Assembly (NCBI GenBank): GCA_017533565.1
Contig: JAFXHU010000018.1
Span: forward strand, 63,388-127,387
Origin: Clostridia bacterium
GTDB taxonomy: Bacteria > Bacillota > Clostridia > Oscillospirales > CAG-272
Direction: 5' to 3'
Length of the DNA stretch: 64,000 nt
Shown here: in pieces, positions 24,894 to 34,020 of the stretch
How the letters are laid out: each line of letters opens with the position of its first letter
How positions within the stretch are numbered: the stretch's first letter is position 1
Notes under the pieces: generated by a model
What the model saw: the letters and a program-made list of their open reading frames with translations, nothing else
Told to the model about the DNA's origin: nothing
The model's database searches: none
Position numbers and translations under genes: made by a program

Positions 24894-25736
24894 TTGAAAA
24901 AGGCGGTTATCATCACCAATACGAAAAAGGACACGGAGCTTACCGTCACGCGCGCTACGGCGGAGCGGCTTCTCGGCGCGGGCATTTTGCCTTGCGTAAG
25001 GGAGGGGCTTTTCACCCAGCCGCCAAGCGGAGCAGGTACATATTCCCACATACCGCGCGACGCCGATTTTATCGTGGTTGTCGGAGGTGACGGCTCGGTA
25101 ATCGACGCTTCGGGATATTCTATCGAATACGGAATACCGCTTGTGGCGGTTAATCTCGGCACTGTCGGCTATCTTGCACAGGTGGAAACCGAGGAGCTTT
25201 ACTTGCTTGACAGACTCGCAACAGGCGAATACACGATAGAGCAAAAGATGCTTCTCTCGGTTGAAAAGGACGGGAAAATTTCTGAAGCATACGCGGTAAA
25301 CGACGTCGTTATATCTCACGACGGCTATCTCGGAATTTCCGAGCTGCGAGTGACCGACGGACACGGAAACTCAATCGGCTACCGCGCCGACGGCGTTATT
25401 CTTTCCACGCCGCAGGGGTCAACCGCATATTCGCTCTCGTCGGGAGGTCCTATTTTATCCCACGGGATAGAGTCAATCTTGCTTACCCCCGTTTGCCCTC
25501 ACTCCTTTTTTAACCGCTCGGTTTTGTTTTCCGCGGGCGAAAGGCTTACGGTCACAAACGTCGGGCAGGGAAGCCTTAATATAAGCATAGACGGACGGCG
25601 CTTCGGCTCGCTTAACTGCGGCGAGAGCTGCTTGGTATATGCTGCGGAAAAGAAAATCGGAATGATAAGCTTTAGCGAAAACACTATGTTCCGAAACCTA
25701 TTCAAAAAAATGCGACTTATGGAGGATATAGATTAA
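24894..25736 (+). CDS. nadK: NAD kinase
   Basis: GGDG motif (VVVGGDGSVIDA) and NLGTVGYL. I place the start at TTG 24894, 7 nt after AAGGAGGA, not at the track start of 24855. Confidence 0.9.
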   Translation: MKKAVIITNTKKDTELTVTRATAERLLGAGILPCVREGLFTQPPSGAGTYSHIPRDADFIVVVGGDGSVIDASGYSIEYGIPLVAVNLGTVGYLAQVETEELYLLDRLATGEYTIEQKMLLSVEKDGKISEAYAVNDVVISHDGYLGISELRVTDGHGNSIGYRADGVILSTPQGSTAYSLSSGGPILSHGIESILLTPVCPHSFFNRSVLFSAGERLTVTNVGQGSLNISIDGRRFGSLNCGESCLVYAAEKKIGMISFSENTMFRNLFKKMRLMEDID

Positions 25737-26188
25737 TGAAAAACGCAAGACAGGCGAAAATTCTCGAAATTATAGAAAAGCACGAGATAGGAACGCAGGA
25801 GGAGCTTATCGAAAAGCTTGCCGAATACGGAATTATCTCGACGCAAACCACGATTTCCCGCGATATCAGACAGCTGAAGCTTGTAAAAGGACCGACGGGA
25901 ATGGGTACTTATAAGTACGTTGCGCCAAAGGCGCAGGCTACCGCCGTTTCACCCATTCACAACTCCGCCCTTACCAATGCCGTCACCGATATCGTGAGAG
26001 CGCAAAATATCGTCGTCGTCAAAACCCATTCGGGTATGGCAAACGCTGTTGCGGTTTGCATAGAGGGTCTTGCCCTTAACGGTATTATCGGCTCGGTTGC
26101 GGGTGACGATACCATACTTAACGTTACCGCGGATAACGATACTGCGGTTGACGTCCTCGCGGCGCTTCTTACCGCGTTTGAAAAATAA
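25736..26188 (+). CDS. argR: arginine repressor ArgR/AhrC
   Basis: RQAKILEIIEKHEIGTQEELIEKL winged helix and a C-terminal GSVAGDDTIL oligomerisation motif. Confidence 0.93.
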   Translation: MKNARQAKILEIIEKHEIGTQEELIEKLAEYGIISTQTTISRDIRQLKLVKGPTGMGTYKYVAPKAQATAVSPIHNSALTNAVTDIVRAQNIVVVKTHSGMANAVAVCIEGLALNGIIGSVAGDDTILNVTADNDTAVDVLAALLTAFEK

Positions 26189-26208
26189 CTGTTATAAAGG
26201 AAGAAACA

Positions 26209-27912
26209 ATGCTGCTTTCTTTACGTATAGAAAACGTTGCCGTAATAAAGTGCGCGGATATTGATTTTTCACGCGGATTTACGGCAATGACGGGCGAAAC
26301 GGGTGCGGGAAAGTCGGTTATTCTCGACGGCATCTCGCTTTTGCTCGGTGCAAAGGCTGACCGTGAGCTTATCCGCCACGGCGAGCCGCAGGCAAGCGTA
26401 TCCGGACTGTTTACCGAGCTTTCGGAGGATATACTCAATACTCTTTCGGAGTGCGGGATTTTTGCGGACGAGGACGGAGCAATACATATCCTTCGCACCG
26501 TTGCCGCGGACGGAAGGTCCGCCGTGAGGATTAACGGAAGAGCCGTAAGCCTTTCCGTGCTTCGCTCGGTTACGCGAAGCCTCGTCGGCATTCACGGGCA
26601 AAGCGATACGGGCGCGCTTCTTGACCCACAGCATCACCTCGAGCTTGTCGATACCTACGCCAAAAACGAGGAGCTTCTTTCAAAATATCGCGAGCTTTAC
26701 GGCGAGCTTGAAGCGGTGCGCTCGGAAATCGAGGGCATTTCAAGGAAGGAGGCAGAGCGCGAAAGGCTGAAGGAAATACTTGCCTACCAAATCTCGGATA
26801 TTGACGCGCTTTCTCTTCGCGACGGTGAGGAGGAGGAGCTTATCGACCGTAAAATCAAAATTAAAAACAGCGAAAAGATTACCAAAAACTGCGAGTTTGT
26901 GCATAAGGCGCTTCGCGGAGGCGAAAAGGTAAGCGTTTATTCGCTCCTTTCAAGAAGCATTTCCGCCCTTAACCAGCTTTGCGGCGTTATTCCCGAGCTT
27001 GAGGGAAGGACCGAGGAGCTTACCGATATGATGTACCGCATCGACGATATTGCGGAGGTCGTAAAGGACCAGCTTGATTCGCTTGAGCGCGACCCCGAGG
27101 CACAGCTTAACGATATAGAAGCCCGTCTTGATAAAATTTCAAGGCTGAAGCGCAAATACGGGCTTACGGTAAAGGACGTGCTTGACTTTCGCGACAGGGC
27201 GAAGGCGGAGCTTGACTCCCTTGAAAACTCCGAGGAGCTGCTCGCAAGGCTTACCGAAAGGGAGGAGGAGCTTTATCAAAGGGCGCTCACCCTGGCGGAA
27301 ACGCTTCACGGCGTGCGCGTAGGCTCGGCAAGGGAGCTTGAAGCGAGGGTAAAGCAAACGCTTGAATTTCTCGATATGCCGAAGGTTGTGTTTTACGCAT
27401 CTATTACCGAGCAATACGCGGGCGAAAGAAAGCTTCTTAACCGAAACGGCTGCGATTCGCTTGAATTTTTCATAAGCGCAAACCGAGGCGCGGAGGCACA
27501 GTCCATATCGAAAATCGCGTCGGGCGGAGAGCTTGCGCGAATAATGCTTGCCTTAAAGAGCGTCATTGCCGACAGGGACGGCATAACGACTATGATTTTT
27601 GACGAGATAGATGCGGGAGTTTCGGGTAAAACCGCACGGAAAATCGGAATTAAAATGCGCGAGCTTTCAAAAAATGCACAGGTCTTTTGCGTTACGCACA
27701 GCGCGCAAATCGCCTCTCTCTCGGATACACATCTTTTAATCAGCAAGTCCGACGTTAACGGCGCGACCGAAACCTCAGTCCGCCCGCTTGATTACGAGGG
27801 CAGGGTTACGGAGCTTTCCCGTATTCTCGGAGGTATAAACGTTACAGCTTCTCAAAGGGAGGCGGCAATCGATATGCTTGCCGATAACGATTCGCTCCTT
27901 GGCGCGGTTTGA
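26209..27912 (+). CDS. recN: DNA repair protein RecN
   Basis: SMC-like N-terminal Walker A (MTGETGAGKS), a long coiled coil, the signature ASGGELARIMLALK and Walker B MIFDEIDAG. Confidence 0.96.
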   Translation: MLLSLRIENVAVIKCADIDFSRGFTAMTGETGAGKSVILDGISLLLGAKADRELIRHGEPQASVSGLFTELSEDILNTLSECGIFADEDGAIHILRTVAADGRSAVRINGRAVSLSVLRSVTRSLVGIHGQSDTGALLDPQHHLELVDTYAKNEELLSKYRELYGELEAVRSEIEGISRKEAERERLKEILAYQISDIDALSLRDGEEEELIDRKIKIKNSEKITKNCEFVHKALRGGEKVSVYSLLSRSISALNQLCGVIPELEGRTEELTDMMYRIDDIAEVVKDQLDSLERDPEAQLNDIEARLDKISRLKRKYGLTVKDVLDFRDRAKAELDSLENSEELLARLTEREEELYQRALTLAETLHGVRVGSARELEARVKQTLEFLDMPKVVFYASITEQYAGERKLLNRNGCDSLEFFISANRGAEAQSISKIASGGELARIMLALKSVIADRDGITTMIFDEIDAGVSGKTARKIGIKMRELSKNAQVFCVTHSAQIASLSDTHLLISKSDVNGATETSVRPLDYEGRVTELSRILGGINVTASQREAAIDMLADNDSLLGAV

Positions 27913-28799
27913 TTTGCCGTGCGGAGGACGTAATTAAAAATGCGGGCGTAAAATATTTACGCGACTTTGACGTTGCGGGCATTTCAACCGTCGGCGTACG
28001 TTCGCTTGCGGCGTTTCTCGCAGCTCCCGAAAGCGGCGAGGAGCTTGTGCGCCTGTTGCGAGGACTTCACGCCGAGGGGATTGATTACCGTGTCGTCGGC
28101 GGAATGTCGAATATTATGCCAAGTTCGGAGTACTACCGCGGCGTTCTTATAAATACACGAAAAATCAATAGAAATTATGTGGCAGAAAATACGTTACACG
28201 CCGAATGCGGTGTGCGTCTGTCAACCGTTGTGCTTACGCTGAAGAAAAACGGACTCGGCGGTATGGCACAGCTGTATCATATTCCCGGCACTGTCGGAGG
28301 CTCCGTGCGAGGCAACGCGGGAGCGCACGGGATTGAAATTTCCGACGTTTTACAAAGCGCACTCGTATATATACCGAGCCGCGACGAAGTCCTTCGTCTT
28401 TCAAATTCCGAAATGCAATTCGGCTACCGTACCTCGCGGATAAAGACGGAGGGGACGGTGCTTTCCGCCGTTATTGCCGCCACTCCGTGCGACGCGGATA
28501 AAACCGATGCGGAAATCGAATATTACCGAAATCTCCGTAAATCACAGCCGCGGGGCGTGCGCACGCTCGGCAGCACCTTTAAGCGGCTAAACGGAAAAAG
28601 CGCGGGCTGGTATATCGACAGGTGCGGAATGAAGGGCTTTTCGGTGGGAGGTGCAACCGTTTCGGAGCTTCACGCGGGCTTTATCGTAAACCGCGGCGAT
28701 GCAACCGTTTCCGACGTATTGTGCCTAATCGACACCGTAAAGGAAAGAGTGCTTTCACGGTTCGGAGTTCTTCTTGAGGAGGAGATTGATTATTTATAA
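27909..28799 (+). CDS. murB: UDP-N-acetylenolpyruvoylglucosamine reductase MurB
   Basis: FAD-binding domain pattern (VVGGMSNI, GGSVRGNAGAHG) and a C-terminal GGATVSELHAGFIVN. The start codon overlaps the recN stop. Confidence 0.88.
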   Translation: MICRAEDVIKNAGVKYLRDFDVAGISTVGVRSLAAFLAAPESGEELVRLLRGLHAEGIDYRVVGGMSNIMPSSEYYRGVLINTRKINRNYVAENTLHAECGVRLSTVVLTLKKNGLGGMAQLYHIPGTVGGSVRGNAGAHGIEISDVLQSALVYIPSRDEVLRLSNSEMQFGYRTSRIKTEGTVLSAVIAATPCDADKTDAEIEYYRNLRKSQPRGVRTLGSTFKRLNGKSAGWYIDRCGMKGFSVGGATVSELHAGFIVNRGDATVSDVLCLIDTVKERVLSRFGVLLEEEIDYL

Positions 28800-28813
28800 A
28801 TTGCGGGGTGGAT

Positions 28814-29698
28814 ATGTCATTTTGCAGCGAGCATAAAAATCAAATAATAGAGCATCTGCCCACGCAGGCGTGCTGTAGGCGCGCCCTCTTACAGGGGATT
28901 CTCTCGTCGAAGAGCCTGCTTTCGGGCAATGAAATAACCGTATCCGTTGACGGACGGAGGACTGCGGAGCTTATTGCGCTTCTCGTGCGTGAGATTTTCA
29001 CGAAGGAGTCGGAAATTTCAACCTCGAAAAGCGGCGGAAGAAGGCAAATCGTCCGCTTCTCAAGTCCCGCCGCAATCCGTTACGTTTCGGCGTTTACAGA
29101 GGGCGGCGAATGCTTTACGGCAAAATGCGCGGGCTGTCAGGCGGCGTTTTTAAGCGGTGTCTTTCTCGCTTCGGGAAGGGCGTCCGACCCAGCGAAGCAA
29201 TACTCGCTTGAATTTCTCGTTCCGTATAACAGGGAGCGCTTCTTCGAGCTGTTTGGCGAGCTTGGTCTTACTCCGAGAATATCAAAAAAGCCAAACGAGG
29301 TGCTGATTTATTTCAAAAAATCCACGGATATAGAGGATTTTTTTGCCCTTGCGGGAATGAACGACGCAATGTACGCCATAATGAATGAAAAAATTAACGG
29401 CGAGCTGCGAAATAACGTAAACCGAATTATTAACTGTACGACGAGTAATATAGGCAAGGCGGTTTCCGCCTCGCATTATCAAATAGAGCTGATTGAGCAG
29501 CTCATAGAAAAGGGGCTTATATCCAAGCTGCCCGAGGAGCTTGAGGCAACCGCGCGTATGAGACTTTTGCACCGCGACCTCTCGCTCTCGCAGCTTGCCG
29601 CGATTATTACCCCGAAAATATCAAAGCCCGGTCTTTCACACAGGCTTAAAAGAATAACCGAGCTTGCAAAGGAGCTGCTTGGAATAGACGGCGAATAA
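28814..29698 (+). CDS. whiA: sporulation/cell-division regulator WhiA
   Basis: MSFCSEHKNQI start and CCRRALLQG, a degenerate LAGLIDADG region and a C-terminal HTH (LSQLAAIITPKISKPGLSHRLKRI). Confidence 0.88.
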   Translation: MSFCSEHKNQIIEHLPTQACCRRALLQGILSSKSLLSGNEITVSVDGRRTAELIALLVREIFTKESEISTSKSGGRRQIVRFSSPAAIRYVSAFTEGGECFTAKCAGCQAAFLSGVFLASGRASDPAKQYSLEFLVPYNRERFFELFGELGLTPRISKKPNEVLIYFKKSTDIEDFFALAGMNDAMYAIMNEKINGELRNNVNRIINCTTSNIGKAVSASHYQIELIEQLIEKGLISKLPEELEATARMRLLHRDLSLSQLAAIITPKISKPGLSHRLKRITELAKELLGIDGE

Positions 29699-29717
29699 CC
29701 GTCGGAGAGGAGAGAGA

Positions 29718-32700
29718 ATGAGCGACTTCGTCCATTTACATTTACATACCGAATACAGCCTGCTTGACGGCGCGACGAGAATATCAAAAATTGCGGACAA
29801 AGCGATTTCTCTCGGACAGTCCGCTGTCGCCATAACCGACCACGGAGTTATGTACGGCGCGGTTGAGTTTTACAAGGAGCTGAAGAAAAAGGGCGTAAAG
29901 CCTATAATCGGGTGCGAGGCTTACGTTGCACCTCGCGGCAGATTTATGAAGGAGGGAAAGGCGGACAGCTCGGGCAACCACCTTATACTTCTTTGCAAAA
30001 ACGCCGTCGGATATAAAAATCTATGCTATATGGTGTCCGAAAGCTTTATAAACGGCTTTTATTCAAGACCCCGTATAGATTTGTCGCTGCTTCGCGAGCA
30101 TCACGAGGGGCTGATTGCTCTTTCGGGCTGTATCGGCGGAAAAATACCGCAGCTTATTCTCGCGGGAAGTATGGCGGAGGCGGAGAATGCCGCCCTTGAA
30201 ATGCGGGAGATTTTCGGGGAGGATTTTTATCTTGAAATCCAAAACCACGGAATAACCGAGGAAAGGCAGACTGCCTTCGGCTTAAAGCTTATCTCCGAAA
30301 AGCTCGGAATACCGCTCGTTGCAACCAACGACGTCCATTATCTTGAGAAAAAGGACGCGGATACGCAGGCAACGCTTATGTGCATACAAACCAACTCGGT
30401 TATCACCGACGGAAGGCCGTCGGGCTTCTCAACCGACGAGTTTTACTTTAAATCCGCCGAGGAAATGGAGGCGCTTTTCGCGCCGTACGCGGGTGCTGTG
30501 GAAAACACGGTAAAAATTGCGGAAAAATGCAACTTCGACTTTGAATTTAACAATCTGCACCTGCCGACCTTTGAGCCGGAGGACAACCTCTCGCATAAGG
30601 ATAAGCTTCGCAAGGACGCATATCTCGGCTTTGAGCAAAAGGTGAGGGGCGGTAGATTTGACTTTGAAAAAAATCCGAGAGAATTTTACATCGAAAGGCT
30701 TGAATACGAGCTTTCGGTTATAGATAAAATGGGCTTCAACGCTTATTTCCTTATCGTAAGCGACTTCGTTGCCTTCGCGAAAAACAGCGATATTCCCGTC
30801 GGACCCGGAAGAGGCTCGGGCGCGGGCAGCCTTGTGGCGTTTTGTATCGGTATAACCGACGTTGACCCGATAGCCTTTGACTTGCTTTTTGAAAGATTTT
30901 TGAACCCCGAGCGCGTGTCGATGCCTGATTTTGACATTGACTTCTGTTATAACAGACGCGAGGAGGTCATAGAATACGTAAAGCGCAAATACGGAGAGGA
31001 CAGGGTCGCGCAAATCGTAACCTTCGGTACTCTCGCTCCTCGCGCCGCCGTGCGCGACGTAGGACGCGCGCTCGGTATGCCGTACAGTGCGGTTGACCCG
31101 ATTGCAAAGCTTATCCCGTCGGATAGCCAGAGCATCGACGACGCGCTTAACAACAAGGAGCTTCGCTCGCTTTATATGTCGGATAACGAGGTCCGACGCC
31201 TAATCGACGTAAGCCGAGGGGTGGAGGGAATGCCTCGCCACGCCTCCACGCACGCCGCGGGTGTCGTAATCACCGAAAAGCCCACATGGGAATACGTGCC
31301 CCTGTCATATAGCGGTACGGGCGTGGTTACGCAGTTTGATATGACAACCTCTGCGGAGCTTGGACTCGTAAAATTCGATTTCCTCGGACTTCGTTACATC
31401 ACCGTCATTCACGATGCGGAGCGCGAAATTCGCAAAAGAGTGCCGAGCTTTGATATTACAACCGTTCCGTTTGACGATAAAAAAACCTTCAAGCTGCTTT
31501 GCGATGCAAAATCCGACGGAGTTTTCCAGCTTGAGTCGGGGGGAATGAAGGCGGTTTTGACACGTCTTGCCCCCACCTGCTTTGAGGATATTATTGCCTG
31601 CATCGCGCTGTTCCGTCCGGGACCGATGGACTCGATTGACAAGTTTATTGCAAGAAAGCACGGGCGCGAGAGGACGGAGTACAAAATCGAGGCGCTGCGA
31701 AGCATTCTCGACGTAACCTACGGCTGTATAGTTTACCAGGAGCAGGTTATGCAGATTTGCCGTGAGCTTGCGGGCTATTCCTACGCGCACGCCGACCTCG
31801 TCCGCCGAGCTATGTCAAAGAAAAAAGAGGATGCTATGGCGGCGGAGCAGGATGCGTTTATCAAGGGCTGTCTTGAGCGCGGAATAGACGAGGCGGATGC
31901 AAAGGAGATTTTCGACGAAATGGTCGGCTTTGCAAAATACGCCTTCAACAAGAGTCACGCCACCGTTTACGGCGTAACCTCGTACAGAACCGCGTATTTG
32001 AAGGCACACTATCCCGCCGAATACTTCTGCGCGCTTTTGTCAAGCGTTCTTGATAACCTCAAAAAGACGGGCGAATATATCGCGGATGCACAAAAATTCG
32101 GCGTAAGCGTCCTGCGCCCCGACGTTAATTTCAGCGGAGTTGATTTTACCGTCGATAACGGGCAAATCCGCTTCGGACTTCTCGCAATCAAAAACGTCGG
32201 AAGACCGTTTGCGGAGGCTGTGGTAAGGGAGCGCAGGCTCGGAGGATTTAAATCCTTTGACGAGTTCGTTTCGCGCCTTTGCTCCGCCGACCTTAACAAA
32301 AGAACGCTTGAATCCCTGATAAAATGCGGAGTCTTCGATTCTCTCGGAGTTGCAAGAAGCTCGTTGCTCGCCTGCTACGAGGATATTCTCGAATCCGAGC
32401 AGACGAAAAAGCGTAACAACATTTCGGGACAAATAGATATGTTTTCTATGGCTATGTCGGGCGGGACGGATATTTCCGCCTCAGGCTACAGGTATCCCGA
32501 AATCAAGGAATTTAGCCTAAAGGAGCTTTTATTCCTTGAAAAGGAAAGCTCGGGAATGTATTTCTCGGGGCATATGATAGACAACTATTCAAACGCCCTT
32601 GAGGGAATAAGGGCGGAGAAAATATCGGTAATTTTGGAGGACTTTGCAGAGGATTTGAGCGAGAATCCCACCTATGCCGATAAATCAAGCGTAACCGTTG

Positions 32701-33290
32701 CGGGTATAATAACCGAGAAGAAAACGAAGATAACTAAAAACGGCACGACGATGGCTTTCATAAAGCTTGAGGACAGATACGCCGAAATAGAGGTCGTCGT
32801 TTTTGCAAAGCACTATTCCCGCTATGCCGATGACATTTTCGTTGACAATGCGATTGCAATAACGGGAAACATTTCTCACGAGGAGGGGGAGGAGCCGAGA
32901 ATACTTCTTTCCTCGCTGACAACGCTCCCGCCTAACGGCACGGCAGCACCGAATACCGATGTGGGCGGCAAAAGCACACCGCAAGGCTCGGCATCCGTAA
33001 CAAGCGCCGAAAACGGCAAAAAAAGCACACCGCAAGGCTCGGCGGGCGGAGCTGTGGCAGAGGGCGAAAGGGCGAAAACCGTTTATATAAAGGTCAAATC
33101 GCTCGACGACCCCAGGATAAATAACGTTCACCGACTTTCCGCGCTTTACCGCGGAAATGCAGAAATCGTTCTTTTCGACGAAAGCACCAAAAAATACAGC
33201 AAGCTCCGCGGTGTCACCCTTGACCCGTCGGAAAAGGTGCTTGAAAAGCTAATTTCGCATTTCGGCGAAGCCTCGGTGGTTTTGAGATAA
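29718..33290 (+). CDS. dnaE: DNA polymerase III alpha subunit (DnaE type)
   Basis: PHP domain HLHLHTEYSLLDG, the palm motif PDFDIDF, an OB fold and a C-terminal domain. A duplicated low-complexity linker is encoded near 32967-33042. Confidence 0.96.
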   Translation: MSDFVHLHLHTEYSLLDGATRISKIADKAISLGQSAVAITDHGVMYGAVEFYKELKKKGVKPIIGCEAYVAPRGRFMKEGKADSSGNHLILLCKNAVGYKNLCYMVSESFINGFYSRPRIDLSLLREHHEGLIALSGCIGGKIPQLILAGSMAEAENAALEMREIFGEDFYLEIQNHGITEERQTAFGLKLISEKLGIPLVATNDVHYLEKKDADTQATLMCIQTNSVITDGRPSGFSTDEFYFKSAEEMEALFAPYAGAVENTVKIAEKCNFDFEFNNLHLPTFEPEDNLSHKDKLRKDAYLGFEQKVRGGRFDFEKNPREFYIERLEYELSVIDKMGFNAYFLIVSDFVAFAKNSDIPVGPGRGSGAGSLVAFCIGITDVDPIAFDLLFERFLNPERVSMPDFDIDFCYNRREEVIEYVKRKYGEDRVAQIVTFGTLAPRAAVRDVGRALGMPYSAVDPIAKLIPSDSQSIDDALNNKELRSLYMSDNEVRRLIDVSRGVEGMPRHASTHAAGVVITEKPTWEYVPLSYSGTGVVTQFDMTTSAELGLVKFDFLGLRYITVIHDAEREIRKRVPSFDITTVPFDDKKTFKLLCDAKSDGVFQLESGGMKAVLTRLAPTCFEDIIACIALFRPGPMDSIDKFIARKHGRERTEYKIEALRSILDVTYGCIVYQEQVMQICRELAGYSYAHADLVRRAMSKKKEDAMAAEQDAFIKGCLERGIDEADAKEIFDEMVGFAKYAFNKSHATVYGVTSYRTAYLKAHYPAEYFCALLSSVLDNLKKTGEYIADAQKFGVSVLRPDVNFSGVDFTVDNGQIRFGLLAIKNVGRPFAEAVVRERRLGGFKSFDEFVSRLCSADLNKRTLESLIKCGVFDSLGVARSSLLACYEDILESEQTKKRNNISGQIDMFSMAMSGGTDISASGYRYPEIKEFSLKELLFLEKESSGMYFSGHMIDNYSNALEGIRAEKISVILEDFAEDLSENPTYADKSSVTVAGIITEKKTKITKNGTTMAFIKLEDRYAEIEVVVFAKHYSRYADDIFVDNAIAITGNISHEEGEEPRILLSSLTTLPPNGTAAPNTDVGGKSTPQGSASVTSAENGKKSTPQGSAGGAVAEGERAKTVYIKVKSLDDPRINNVHRLSALYRGNAEIVLFDESTKKYSKLRGVTLDPSEKVLEKLISHFGEASVVLR

Positions 33291-33309
33291 CGAATTTTAG
33301 GAGGACATT

Positions 33310-33999
33310 ATGGCTATCAATTGGATTGTTGATATTTCGTTTTTGCTTATTATGGCAATAGGTATTATCGCGGGTATTAAGCTTGGCTTTGTCAAGGCCG
33401 TGGCAAAGCCCGTAAAGTTTGTTTTGGCGGTGGTAATCGCCTTTGCACTTGCGGCAAATCTTTCCGCTACGGTGATTGAGCCGCTTATTTCCGCACCGAT
33501 TACCAATCACCTGACCTCGTTTTTGAGCGAGAAATTCTCGGATATTTCGGCTGAAACGGTCGATACGCTTCCCACGCTCGTAAAATTTGCGGCGGGGCTT
33601 TGCGGCGTTGATATTGCGGAGGTTGCGACAAACGCGGGCGAGGGCTCAATTATCTCCGCTATTGTTTCGCAGATTACCGACCCGTTTACGAGTATCATTT
33701 GCACCGCTATCGCGTTTATACTGCTGTTCTTCGTGGCAAAGATTGTTCTTTCGCTTCTTTTCGCGATTGTTAACAGAATTATCGATAACGGCATTGTCGG
33801 CGCGATTAATAAAATAATAGGCGCGGTATTTATGGGCGCACTCGCCTTTATCGTATGCTGGGCGCTGGCGTCGGTGTTTGAGCTTGTTATGAATCTTCCC
33901 GTTTTCGTGGGACAGGCGTGGGTGAACGAGTTTACGGGCGGCTTCGTCTATAAATTCTTGAAGTCGATTAACCCAATCGACATTTTGTTAAGCTTTTAA
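33310..33999 (+). CDS. cvpA: CvpA-family membrane protein
   Basis: N-terminal pattern WIVDISFLLIMAIGIIAGIKLGFVK and 4-5 TM helices. Confidence 0.7.
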   Translation: MAINWIVDISFLLIMAIGIIAGIKLGFVKAVAKPVKFVLAVVIAFALAANLSATVIEPLISAPITNHLTSFLSEKFSDISAETVDTLPTLVKFAAGLCGVDIAEVATNAGEGSIISAIVSQITDPFTSIICTAIAFILLFFVAKIVLSLLFAIVNRIIDNGIVGAINKIIGAVFMGALAFIVCWALASVFELVMNLPVFVGQAWVNEFTGGFVYKFLKSINPIDILLSF

Positions 34000-34020
34000 T
34001 TATTGTAAAAGGAATAAAAA

